DNA from: Mobula hypostoma
Taxonomy: Eukaryota
NCBI RefSeq assembly: GCF_963921235.1
Contig: NC_086097.1
Location: 141,236,001 to 141,300,000, forward strand
Reading direction: 5' to 3'
Length of the DNA: 64,000 nucleotides
Shown here: piece after piece, positions 36,883 through 49,568 of the stretch
Layout of the letters: each line of letters begins with the position of its first letter
How positions within the stretch are numbered: the stretch's first letter is position 1
Program-made: the position numbers and the translations under genes
The notes under the pieces: generated by a model
Told to the model about the DNA's origin: nothing
Seen by the model: only the letters and a program-made list of their open reading frames with translations
Database searches by the model: none

Positions 36883-39078
36883 CATTAAGCAATGTTTTTT
36901 ATCACTTTTCCGGCCCTGTCTATTCAACACTGGTACATGTACATCCTTTCCATAAGAACAGCTTCCGATAATTTTCCCACGTCTAATGTCAGGTTCACCA
37001 GGCTCTAATTTCTGATTTATTCTGAGAACCATTCTTAAATGTTAGCGACCCTCCAGTCCTCCAGTACCTCACCCATGGATAAGGACGTTTTAAATATTAC
37101 TGCCTTGGCCCCTGTAATTTCTGCACTAGCCTCCCACAAGTTTGGAGGGGACACCTCGTCAGGACTTTGGGACTTATTCACCCTAAATTCTTCTCAAGAC
37201 AGCAAGCACTTCCTCTTCTGTAATCAGAACATGGTTCATGACCTCTAGTGTTTTCCCAGATTCTATGTTATCTGTGTCTGTCTCCTGAGTAAATGCAAAC
37301 ACAAATATAAACCATTTAATATTTTTCTGTATCTCTTTTAGCTCCATGAATGTATGACCAACTTGATCTTCAAGGGAACCAACTTTGTCCCTTACTATCC
37401 TGTTGCTCCCGGTACCTATAGAACCCTTGGATTCTGGTTTAACTTGTCTGCTGGAGCAACCACTTATCCCTTTTCAACCTTCCTGATATTTCGCTTGTGT
37501 TCTCTTGTATGTCTTAAATTCCTCAAGTGCCAAATTTAACACCAACTGCCAATACCTGATATGTGCTTCCTTTTTGTTTACCAGGTCCTCAATATCCCAT
37601 GATAAATACGGTTCCCTCAAACTGCCAACCTTGCTTTTTATCCTAATAGAAATATACATATTCTGTACTCTCAATACTCAATTCTTCTGAAGAACACCCG
37701 CCTGCCGTGTATCTTTGTTAGAAAACAACCTATCCCAATCCACACCTGGCAGATTGCTTCTGAAGCCATCAAAATTGCTCTTCCTCTAGATTAGAACCTT
37801 AGTCTGAAAACCAATCCTATCCAATCTCGCTAATTGTTTTGAAGTCCATGGAATTATGATCACTATATCCAAAGTGTTTCCCTATATTCATTTCTGTCAC
37901 CTGTCCTGTCTCATTTCCGAAGAAGAGATCCAATATTGTGCTCTCTTTAGTTAGGAATTCTGCATATTAATAATGAAACTTTCTAGAACACATTTGACAA
38001 ACTCCATCTCATCCAGTTCTTTTACAGTGTGGGAGTTCCAATCAATATGAAGAAAGTTAAAATCACCTGCTATCTCAACCTAAACACTAGAGATTCTGCA
38101 GATGCTGGAAATCCCGAGTAACACATAAAACAACCTGAAGGAACTCATGAGGTCAGGTTTTCCCATGAAAAGGAATAAAGCGTCAATGCTTCAGACCAAG
38201 ACCCTTCATCAGCACCTTTCATGAGAACTGATAAATGGTCTCAACCAAAAACATAGATTGTTTATTCCTTCTGCAGTTGCTGCCTTCCCTGCTGAGTTAC
38301 TCTTGAATCTTGTATGTGTTACTGTAACAACCTTGTATTTCATGAAACTATCTTCTATCTCCCTATGAATTTGCTTGTACAAATCCTGCTGCCGATTAGA
38401 AACTCTATAAAGTCCCATTAACATGATCATTCATTTTTTATTCCACAAGTTCATGAAAATTGCCTTGGCAGATGAGCCTTCCGTACATCATCTCAGCATT
38501 GCTGTGACATTATCTCTGATGAGTAATATGAGTATAATCTCCCCCTTTAATACCTGCTTCTCTGACATGTCTAAATCAGCAGAATGCCAGAACATTGGGC
38601 TGTCAGTTTTCACCCTCCTGTAACCATGTCTCAATAATGATTTCAGCATCATAAGTCCATACATGGATTCATGCTCTATGTGCATCAGCCTTCCTTGTCT
38701 TGCATTAGATGCAACTCCAAATATTTATCCACCCTGCTCTATCTTGCAGTTTCCATCTCTGCTTAAAAATGAGAAAATGCCGCAGATGCTGGAATCCAAA
38801 GCAGCATACACAAAGCATTTGCTCGTAGTCATGACATCTCTTTTTTTTGCCCCCAACCACTTCATTGCTGGTCCGGCCACTCTGGATACCATCCCTCTTA
38901 AACATTAGTTTGAATACTTCTGAGCAGGATTAGCAAACCTTCCTCTAAGGATACCAGTTCCTCTCCAGCTTGGGTGAAAAGTGTCCTATTTGCAGAGATC
39001 CCACCTGCCCTGGAATGGAGTTCAGTGATCCAAAAACATGAAGCCCTCTCCAATGTACCATCTGCTTAGTCACATGTT

Positions 39079-39729
39079 TCTTTCTTTTTAAATCTTTTTA
39101 TTAATTATTATTGAAAAGCAACAAAAAGTACATTAAAGTAGTCAAATCAACATATCAATATATACAATAAGAGTCAAACTATCAAATAACTGATTACCAA
39201 AGCTAAACAGTATACCAATAGTAATAAGAAAAGAGAAAATGTTAAAACTACTATTTTTTTGGAAAAAAGAAAGGAGGAAAAACGAACCCCTACTAACTAA
39301 AACACAAAAGAAACTATTAACCAAAAAAAAACGAGAAAAAAAACCCATTGGGAGCACAAGCCCGGAGCTATACGCCATAGAGGCTTCCATAAAAGAAAAG
39401 CATTGATCCGCCAACCAAAACCAATTACACAAGAATCAGAAGCGGACTACCTTAATTAACTCAGATGAAATGGTAGTGCGGGCAAAAGAACACTACCCTT
39501 TCTCAAAGTCAAATCGGGGATCAAAAGTTCGTCTTCTAATTTTCTCCAAACTAGGACATAACGTCACCTGAGAGAACCACTTTATCATAGTTGGAGTAGG
39601 GGCATCTTTCCATTTCAATGAAATAGCCCATCTGGCCAATAATGTGACAAATACAATTACATATTGGTCTGATATAGAAATACGATGAATATATTGAGGA
39701 ATTATCCCAAAAAGCACTGTCAATTTATA
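39079..39729 (-). mobile_element. 5-prime-truncated L1-clade LINE, 11-bp TSD AGTCACATGTT
   Basis: TSD at 39068-39078 and 39730-39740; TT/AAA target; C-terminal ..LLARWAISLKWK..SLEKIR. Confidence 0.8.
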
Positions 39730-41709
39730 AGTCACATGTTAAACTGCACAGTCTTCCTTATGTTTTACCACACAACAATGGATTGCTTCATGTGATCTCC
39801 ATCTTGGAGGTCCTGTCTTTTAACTTCGTACCTTATTCCCTAAACTTATTTTGTAAGTCCTCGTCACTTTTCCTGCTTATATCATTGGTATGAATGTGCA
39901 CCATGACTTATCGCTTCTCACCCTCCCCCTTAAGATGGCTATGGACTCAATTCAAGATATCTCTGATCCTCTACACCTGGGAGGCAATATAACATCCAAG
40001 AGTCTTTTCTTGTCTCAGGTCCCCCTGTCTGTTTCACTAACCAGTGCTAACCAATGACCTCCATCACTACTACTAGCCTCTTCTTCCTCACCCACCCACC
40101 TTCCTTTCTGAACCAAAGAGACATACTGAGTGCCAAGACCACTGACACTGTGGTAGGTCGTCTCCCTAAAACTAGATAAAATGAAACACTTGTTGAGGGG
40201 AATTCCCACAGGGGTATTCCGCACTGTCTGCCAATACCCCTTCCCTCTCTTCATGATCACTCAGCTACCTGTTTCCAGCAACACTATCTCTATGTAACTC
40301 CTATGAACTCCTCAATTTTCTGAATGACCTGAAGGTCATCTAGCACCAGCTCCAATTCCCTAATAGGGTTTGTAAATGTGGATGCACTTATCACAGGTAC
40401 AGACATCTGCCTAACTTCCATGTTATGCAAGAGAAGCACAACACTGCTCTAGCTTCTATTCCCACTGGTCTCTCTGTATAACAATAAAGAAGGAAGTTAG
40501 AAGAACTTAAACTTGTAGAAGTTTATAAAATCATGAGGGGTATAGACGGGTCATAGCCTGTTCCCCAGGATGGGAGAGACAAAAACTAGAGGACACTGAT
40601 ACAAGATGATAGAGAAGAGATTTAAAAGAGACCTTAAAGGTAATTTCTTTATGCAACGGATAGTGAGCTGAATGAGGAAGTGGTTGCGATGGTGCATTTG
40701 TAATATTTAAGATGTATTTGCATAGGTAAATGGAAGGAAAGGGCTTAAAGGACTATGATTCAAATACAGCAGCTGGAACTAGCAGGGAGGATGCTGTGGT
40801 CAGCATGGACGATTGGGGCCGAAGGGCCTAGATCCACGCTCTGTTACTGAATGATTCTATAAAATAAAAACATAAAATGCTTAAAATACTTATATGGCCA
40901 GATGGCATCTTTGTAACTAGAAAGAGTTAAGGGAGGTCAAAGATAGCATAAAAGCAAAATAGAGACAGGAAATCTGCAAAAGGACTCGGACAGATTAGGA
41001 CAATGGACAAAAACGTGACAGATGGAACACAGTGTAGGGAAGTGTATGGTCATGCACTTTGGTAGAAGGAATAAAGGGACAGAATATTCTCTGAAGAGAG
41101 GGAGAAAGCAGAAACCGAATGTGCAAGAAGACATGAGAGTGCTGGTGAAGGATTCCCTAAAGGTTAACTTGCTGTTTGACTCAGTAGCGGAGAAGGCAAA
41201 TGCAATGACAGCGAACATTTCGAGGGGTCTAGATAATCAGAATAGAATGGGAATCAGTTTTAATATCACTGACATAGGTAGTGGAACTTGTTATTTTGCA
41301 GCTGCAGTACAGTGCAATATATAATAAAATCTATAAATTACAATAAGATGTATATTAAATTAAATAAGTAGAGAAGAAGAGAGTTAAGCAAGAGGAAGAT
41401 AGTGAGGGAGTACATGTGGATTAATTGTCCATTCAGAAATCTAATAAATAAAAAAATTGTAATGTTGAATCTTTATAAGAGATCGGTAGACTACATATGG
41501 AGTATTTTCAGTGATTTTGGGCTCCATATCCGAGAAAGAGTGTCCTGGCATTAGAGAGGGTCCAGAGGAGGTTTAAGAGAATGGTTCCAGGAATGAAAGG
41601 GTTATCACATAAGGAACGTTTGATCGTACCAGGACTGTTCTCGCTGGTGCCTAGGAGACTAATGGATATTTCTTTGAAACCTACTGAATATGTAAAGGCC
41701 TGGACGATG

Positions 41710-42138
41710 GGTGTCCTTCTCACGTCCACATCTCACATGAGAGGCACATTACCGTCTCAGGAGGCATTGTAAAGACCAACTGCGAGCAAGCTTGTCCTCC
41801 GCCTCTTCTTGTCGAAGCCTCTCAAGTCAAAGCCTCAAAGCTCTACTCCTTCACTGGTCCACTCACTCACTGGCCGCTTTCCACAGGCCGCTTCGCTTGA
41901 GCTATCCCTCTATTTATCTGTTTGAGCTATTCAAAATGCATGGTCAGCTGACCTCGATTCCCAATCAGCTTCTTTCTGCTGAGTCTGAGCTATTCAAATC
42001 TCGATTGTCCAATCAACGGCTTTCTGCTGATCTATTCAAATCTGGATTGACTTGATTGTACAGACCAACTGCCAAAACTGCCAGAATCTCTCGAGTCAAA
42101 TCCTCAAAGCTCCACTCCTTCACTGGCCCACTCACTCA
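41710..42138 (-). mobile_element. Probable CR1 5-prime-UTR-like fragment with 44-bp direct repeats (41826-41869, 42095-42138) at a unit junction
   Basis: Direct repeats and two CCAAT boxes are seen; family assignment is from recall only. Confidence 0.4.
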
Positions 42139-42860
42139 TGTCTGGGCTGGATGATTTTCATGGGTTCATCTTCCCGAAGGCTGCCCGTACATCAGCCTCA
42201 GAGACAAAAATCACTTGATCATCTGGCGCTGTGAGTGTTTGTGATGGTTCCTCTGTGTTTTCACGGCCGACGCAAGCACAAAAGGGATTGAGTTCATCTA
42301 GAAGTGAGCCCTGTTGTCACCTTTGTCACTTGATTTTGCTTTATAAGAAGTGATAGCATTCAAGCCCTGCCACTACTATTGACGATCCTTTGTTGATTCA
42401 GGTTTGGTCTGGCAAATAAGGAGGCTTTTAAGAGAATGTACCAGAATCTCTTGTAACTTTATTGGTCACCAGACTTGAATGCCTCTGATTTGGCGCTCAG
42501 CAAATTGCTGATTTTATGGTTCATACAAGGCTTCTGGCGGGAGAAGACTCTGAATGATTTTGTGGGGAGACACACGTCTACAACTGTTCTTCTCAAGTCC
42601 ATGATGTAGGTGCCCATTGAACCTACATGGTGGAGATGTATTTATTCAGATCCATAGATGTGTACTTGAAAATGGCCCAGTCCACTCGAAGGAATTCCAT
42701 AAAGCAATAACCACTCATATCACTCCCTCGACCACCTCGTTGTTGTCAATTTCTCTGGAGATTATATCTAGCTCCTTGATTTGCCTCCCTCATAGCTTGA
42801 TCTATCCCTCATGTGGATACATGTATTGGCTTTCAGTGAATAATGTGCAAAGGCACCCTG

Positions 42861-44039
42861 TGTCATAGGGTGGTGGCTGGGAACGGACCCAAGTGCATGA
42901 CACAGTCACTGAAATACCAGGGACAGGACTAGGATACAGGCTGAGGGCAAGGACATGGACACGAAAACCAGGAACCTGGAACAGGACTGGACAAGAGAGC
43001 TAGGAGCCTGGGCTTGGACTCCGAGCCAGAGACTGGACAAGGACCTAGTACCTGGGTCTTGCCTCTGGCTCGGACCCTAGAACCAGGCAAGGACGAGGCT
43101 TGGCAGGCAGACAGGTCGAGGCTGCAGTCTTCAGGCTTGAGGCTAGAGGCGAGACTTGGCAGGAGGCAGGAGGCAGGAGGCTGGAGTCTTCAGGCTTCAG
43201 GCTTGAGGCTAAAGGCTAGAGACTTGGCTTGGCAAGAGGCGAGAGGCTAGAGACCTGGTTTGGCTTGGCAAGAGGCTAGAGGCTAGAGGCTAGAGACAAG
43301 GCAAGGCTTGGCAGGAGGCAAGAGGCTGGAGTCTTCAGTCTTGAGGCTAGGCAGGAGGCTACAGTCTTCAGGCTTGAGGCTAGGCAGAAGGCTGGAGTCT
43401 TCAGGCTTGAGGCTAGGCAGGAGGCTGGAGTCTTCAAGCTTGAGGCTGGGCAGGCTCCTCCGGGGCAGGGCGCTGTTCACCAGGACAGGGCGTGGTACTC
43501 CTGGGCAGGGCATGGATCACCTGGACAGGGCAGGGCACGGTACTCCTTGGCAGGGCACAGTTCACTACCCAATGGAGGCATGGGACAGGAAGGGACAGAA
43601 CCAACTGCAGGTAACGGTTAGACAGCCTGGCTTACCTGAGTGGAGGCAAGGGACGGGAAGGAAGCTAGGTACAGGGTGGCTCCAGGACAAGACTGCAGGC
43701 GAGACAAGGCGAGAGTTACCGGCAAGACAAGGCAAGGCTTCTGGCAAAGCAAGGCGAGATGAGAACTTCAGGCAAGACACGAGTTACCGGCAAGACAAGG
43801 CAGGGTTACAGGTGAGGAAACAGAAGGCAGAGCAAGGGATACAAGGAGTAAGGACAAGAACAATCCAGCAGCCACGACCTGGTCTCTGAAGGTATTTATG
43901 CAGCCAGCCCCAACGAGCATCAGCTCCCTTAATTAGTGCTTAACAGGAACAGAAACAGGGTAGACAGGAAAACCTGCGGCAAGGGTCGATGGACCGGACT
44001 GTGAACCGCAATATGGACTTCATGGACCACACCATGACA
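42861..44039 (-). mobile_element. Solo LTR (TSD CCCTG/TCCTG) with about 4 x 33-bp minisatellite (about 43322-43455)
   Basis: TGTCA...TGACA ends; same family as 12335-13571; paralogous sites are empty. Confidence 0.82.
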
Positions 44040-47000
44040 TCCTGGGCCCTCTATACATACACACCTTGTAAATTGCCATCATTTGAAAGAAAACTACTAT
44101 TAAATGGGATAGGACGACATCATGTTTTCTAATATTCATTCCCTTCAGCAACAAATATTCCTTTGGGTACTACAGTGGGGGCTGGGGGAAGAATGACTTA
44201 TCAGTGCACAGCAGCAGCAGTCAGGCCAGTGGCCGTATGTGGCTCAGCAGTGACGGGTAAAATCAGGTAGAGTGATAGTGATAGGAGACTCAGTAATTAG
44301 GGATTGGACAAGAGATTTAGTGGCCGTGACAAAGACGCAGAATGGTGTCCTGCCTCCCAGGTACTAGGGTTAAGAAGGTCTCAGAGCAGCTGCAGAAGAG
44401 GTAGGGTAACCAGACAATGTCCAAGGTGTACATTGACACCAATGACACAGGTAAAAACAGGGAGGAGATTTTGCACAGTAAGTATAGGGAGTGCTGGAAG
44501 ATGCCACAGAGCATGTGTAATCTCTGGATTACTCCCAGTTCCACGTGGTAGTTAAGGCAGAAGTAGGACGAATGAGTGGCTGAGGATCTGGTGTAGCGGG
44601 CATGGTTTCAGATTGTTGTATCATTTGGATCTCATCTAGGGAAGTTATGCCTTCTATTAAAAAGATTGGTTAAACCTGAACCCAAGGGGGATCAATATCT
44701 TTGTGATTAGGTTTTCTAGAGCTGCTGGAGAAGGTTTAAACTAAGTTAGCAGGGGATTGGGAACAGGAGTGATGGGACTGAGGATGGGACAGTCGATGCA
44801 GCATGTAGCGAGACTGTGAGGGAGATTAGGCAGATGATACTAAGGCCGATGCTCTCTCCTGTCAGTTTCATGTCTCTGAGGTCAACATCAATCTGGATCA
44901 CATCCTTCCTCGCACAAGCATAGCTGTTCCAGTCATTTGGGGAATATAAACAGGTGAGAACTGACGAACAGTCAGATCCAGGCCCAGATGGAGAAGTTCC
45001 TAACCAGCTGTTTGTCCTTGCATCTGTGTGTTCCTAAATGTTGGCCTGGGGTCACTCTTCCCATCTGGTTGGCCATCCAGGGATTCAACAGACCCTGGAA
45101 TTCATAAAGAGATGATTTACATGGCAGTCTCTGTCCCAAGATGTCCATGACTTTATCTCTGCCTGTCCCATTTATACACAGAACAAGACGTCACATGTCA
45201 CAACAGGGGGTGTTCGGAATGGACCCAAATGCAAGACACAGACACTAAAGTACTAGAGACAGGTCTAGGATGCAGGACCTGGGCTAGGACATGGACAAGA
45301 AACAGGGAAACTGGACAAGCAACTATGAACTAGGAGCTTGTCTTGGAATCCGAGCCAGAGACTGGACAAGGACCCAGAACCTGGGTCTTGCCTCTGGCTC
45401 GTGCTCAGTCCAGAGAGTGGTGAATCTGTGGAATTCTCTGCCACAGGAAACAGTTGAGGCTGGTTCATTGACTGTATTTAACAGGAAGTTAGATGTGGCC
45501 CTTGTGGCTAAAGGAATCAGGGGGTATGGGGAGAAGGCAGGTACAGGGTTCTGAGTTGGATGATCAGCCATGATCATACTGAATGGCAGTGCAGGCTCGA
45601 AGGGCCAAATGGCCTACTCCTGCACCTATGTTCTACGTTTCTGTATTTCTATGGTATCTGTGTAAACAGAAACAGAGTTAAGGGAAGTCAATGATAGCAT
45701 AAAAGCAAAAGATAGAGCAGGAAGTCTGCAAAAGGACTAGGACAGTTTAGGACAATAGACAAAGAAGTGGCAGATGGAACACAGTGTAGGGAAGTGTATG
45801 GCCATGCACTTGGTAGAAGGAATAAAGGCACAGAATATTCTCTGAAGAGAGGGAGAAAGTAGAAACCGAATGTTCAAGAAGACTTGAGAGTTCCAGTGCA
45901 GGATTCCCAAAAGGCTAACTTGCTGTTTGAGTCAGTAGTGGAGAGGGCAAATGCAATGACAGCAATCATTTCGAGGGGTCTAGAATATAATCAGAATAGA
46001 ATGGGAATCAGGTTTAATATCATTGTCATAGGTCATGGAACTTGTTATTTTGCAGCTGCAGTACAGCGCAACATATAATAAAAACTATAAATTACAATAA
46101 GATATATATTAAATTAAGTAACGAGAAAAAAAGAGAGCAAAGCAAGAAAAAAACAGTGAGGTAGTACATGTGGATTCATTGTCCATTCAGATATCTAATA
46201 AATAAAAAGTTGTAATGTTGAGTCTTTATAAGAGATCGGTAGACTATATATGGAGTATTGTGAGTAATTTTGGCTCCATATCCGAGAAAGAATGTCCTGG
46301 CATTAGAGAGGGTCCAGAGGAGGTTTAAGAGAATGGTTCCAGGAATGAAAGGGTTATCACATAAGGAATGTTTGATGTTACCAGGACTGTTCTCGCTGGA
46401 GCCTAGAAGACTAAGGGATATCTCTTTGAAACCTACTGAATATGTAAAGGCCTGGATGATGAGAAGATTTTCCAGTAGTGGGAGAGTCCAGGACCAAAGG
46501 GCACAGACACATAATCGAACATCATTTCAGAACAGAGACGAGGAGGAATTTCTGAGAATCTGTGAAATTCGTTGCCACAAATGGCCATGGAGGCCAAGTT
46601 ATTGGGTTTATTAAAGCCGAGGCTGATAGGTACTGGATTACTCATGGTGTCAAAGGGTATTCGGAGAAGACAACGAAATAGAGCTGAAAGGGAAAAGGAA
46701 ACAGATAACCTGTTAACCTAACCTGTCCTAAACTAGTTATCAGAAGGAGAAATTGTTAACGAATGAGTTGATTTAAGGGTAAGGTTTGCAGGGGGTGTGC
46801 AACTAGGACTTGGTGACTTATGTCACTTGGACGTTTACAGCGACAGGAAAGAGAGTCCTGAGCATTCGATAAAGGACGTACACTGCCCAGGCACCGCAGT
46901 AGCGTAGTGAATAGCGCCACACTATTACAGCTCCAGGTTGTAAATTGTTCAGTGATTGGGTTAGGGTTAATACCGTTTGTCGAGGGTGATTGGGCCTACT

Positions 47001-48109
47001 TCATGCTGTATCGCTAAATAAATAAATTAGATATCGTCCTTTCAAATTTCACAGCGGAAGCCAATGTAAGTTAATATTTACTGACAGGTTCTGCCCAGTT
47101 GCAATAATTAAAACCACGTTAATAGGGAAAGATGAAGAGATTCACAGACTTGGTGCAGATGGCATTCGGTTCATCAAACATCCCACCCAACGGAACGTAC
47201 ACGAATTCGGTCGCGGCGACGGGGGCAGATGCGAGACGGGTCCAGGGTCGGCACTTTAAGAGCGCGTGTGGGGAGGAAATCGCTCTCCTTGCTCTGTCAC
47301 AGACTCCGGAGACAAAAGATTAGACAAAGTGAAGGCCAAGATGAGAAACCGGGGGTGTCTGTGAGAATTATCTCCATGTACTCCTGACGTCTGAAGGCGC
47401 CGAGCAACACCCCAACCCACCTCCCCCCGTCCGCCGCTCTGAAACCACTTGCTCCAACTGTGGTGTTCGGCGGGAAATTTCGGGAATGTCACAATACCGC
47501 GATAAACGGATGATAAATATTTTAGATATGTTGACGTGTAACTGAAAAGACAACTAGCAGGAGATGACTAATTTGGGGAAAGTTTTGTGACGGAACAGTA
47601 CCGGATCAGTTAGTGTAACGCCAGCGACCCAGGTTAAATTCCGTCGTATTCCTGAAAGGAATTTCTACATTCTTTCTGTGACCGCATGGGTTTCCTCCGG
47701 CTGCTCCAGTTTCCTCCCACGTTCAAAAGACGTAAGGATTAGTAGCCGCCCAAACCAACATACACAAAATGCTGCAGGAACTCAGCAGGCCAAGCAGCAC
47801 TTACGGAAAAGAGTAAATAGTCGACATTTCGGGCCGAAACCCTTTTTCAGGACTCAGATGAACAGAATCACACCCATGGTGTTGATCGCATTTGGTTCAT
47901 CAAACATCCCACCCAAAGGAAGGGGAGAAGTCAGTGTGAGAAGTCCTTCAGCACCTGCAAAATTGATGGAATTGGATGGTCCGGACTTGTTGGTCCCGAA
48001 AGGCCTGTTATCGTGATAGATTTCTTCATGTTAAACGAGAGCAAATTCGAAACCCGAACAAAAAAAAATCATCCAATGAATTGCTGTGCAATTCTAACAA
48101 AATCTCATT

Positions 48110-48266
48110 TTATGCAGAAGAAATAATAGTGTCTTTTTCAAATGGGGTTGGAAGGCGTGGTCTGTGACACGTTGAGAGAAAGTGGGACGTGAAGCGTGCT
48201 GTTATTTATAACTAGCCAGGCCACGTCTAAATCCGTGTCAAATACAGTCACAACTCGACAAACACC
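48110..48266 (+). promoter_or_regulatory. V5 pseudogene proximal promoter (TATTTATAA 48203-48211)
   Basis: Paralog of the V promoter block. Confidence 0.55.
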
Positions 48267-48305
48267 ATGCGGCTGGGTCGCGTGGCTTTGTGATACTTTT
48301 CCTCG
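48267..48305 (+). pseudogene. TRGV: TRGV pseudogene V5, leader exon (1-nt deletion, TGA at 48291-48293)
   Basis: ATG CGG CTG GGT CGC GTG GCT TTG TGA; GTTAGT donor at 48306; full promoter upstream. Confidence 0.88.
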
Positions 48306-48692
48306 GTTAGTTGATTGATTTTCATCCGTTTACTCTCTGTTTACTTCAGACATTTATTTTTTTTAATTTTTTATTTTTATTTGGATAAGGAATTCACAAG
48401 TATCACGAACTTTTTTCACATGTATAACCTTTTCCATTTTTCTTTGTATATGTATAAAACTATAATTATTTATACATTCCTAAGTACACATTAAGATGAT
48501 ATAAAAAGAAAATAGACACTTAAATAGATAATTATGTGCAGTTGAAATTCTAATATATTAGGCTAAGTAATGATATTAGTTGTTAAGAAAAATAGTAATA
48601 ATAGTGGATTAATAATAATTTCCATAAATCTCTTCTGGACCATTTCTTCTGGTCCAAAATGTTGTATGTAAGCCTATGTAACAACCATTGTA

Positions 48693-49308
48693 ACACACAT
48701 CAAAGTTGCTGGTGAACGCAGCAGGCCAGGCAGCATCTGTAGGAAGAGGTGCAGTCGACGTTTCAGGCCGAGACCCTTCGTCAGGACTAACTGAAGGAAG
48801 AGTGAGTAAGAGATTTGAAAGTTGGAGGGGGAGGGGGAGATCCAAAATGATAGGAGAAGACAGGAGGGGGAGGGATAGAGCCAAGAGCTGGACAGGTGAT
48901 AGGCAAAAGGGGATACGAGAGGATCATGGGACAGGAGGTCCGGGAAGAAAGACAAGGGGGGGCGTGACCCAGAGGATGGGCAAGAGGTATATTCAGAGGG
49001 ACAGAGGGAGAAAAAGGAGAGTGAGAGAAAGAATGTGTGCATAAAAATAAGTAACAGATGGGGTACGAGGGGGAGGTGGGGCCTTAGCGGAAGTTAGAGA
49101 AGTCGACATTCATGCCATCAGGTTGGAGGCTATCCAGACGGAATATAAGATGTTGTTCCTCCAACCTGAGTGTGGCTTCATCTTTACAGTAGAAGAGGCC
49201 ATGGATAGACATGTCAAAATGGGAATGGGATGTGGAATTAAAATGTGTGGCCACTGGGAGATCCTGCTTTCTCTGGCGGACAGAGCGTAGATGTTCAGCA
49301 AAGCGGTC
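48693..49308 (-). mobile_element. Penelope-like element 3-prime fragment nested in the L1 3-prime UTR, 14-bp TSD
   Basis: TAACAACCATTGTA at 48679-48692 and TAACAACCACTGTA at 49309-49322; GIY-YIG C-terminal peptide RFAEHLRSV..PVATHFN..LEEQHLIFRL..LQPDGMN. Confidence 0.82.
48753..48788 (-). ncRNA. Minimal type-I hammerhead ribozyme motif
   Basis: Minus strand AGUC-CUGACGA-AGG(GUCUCGG)CCU-GAA-ACGU-C-GACU: full catalytic core, stem I AGUC/GACU, stem II AGG/CCU, palindromic ACGU stem III, GUC cleavage triplet. Confidence 0.75.
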
Positions 49309-49568
49309 TAACAACCACTGTAGGTGTTTATATCCTAACTTGGTCATGTTTGCTCCTACCCCCAAACATAATTATCCAATCCCTATATACTTAATTTTTT
49401 CATTTTTTATCCCTTTCCCAAATCTTTTCCTTTACTTGTGTTAATTCTCTATTTTCCAAAAAAAAACAAAAACAGTAAACATTTAGACTAGGGGTGCTTA
49501 CATTAGCAATATTACTGTGTTGATGAGAAGAGCAGTATAAATCATTAGGAGAGTCATCTAAAGTCTGC

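Larger units (their letters stand above)
30098..46721 (+). repeat. Segmental duplication unit carrying V4 plus a V-less partial unit (about 42140-46721)
   Basis: Same anchor. The Rex1/CR1-ORF1/gypsy and CR1(+) blocks occur twice in this interval. Confidence 0.7.
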
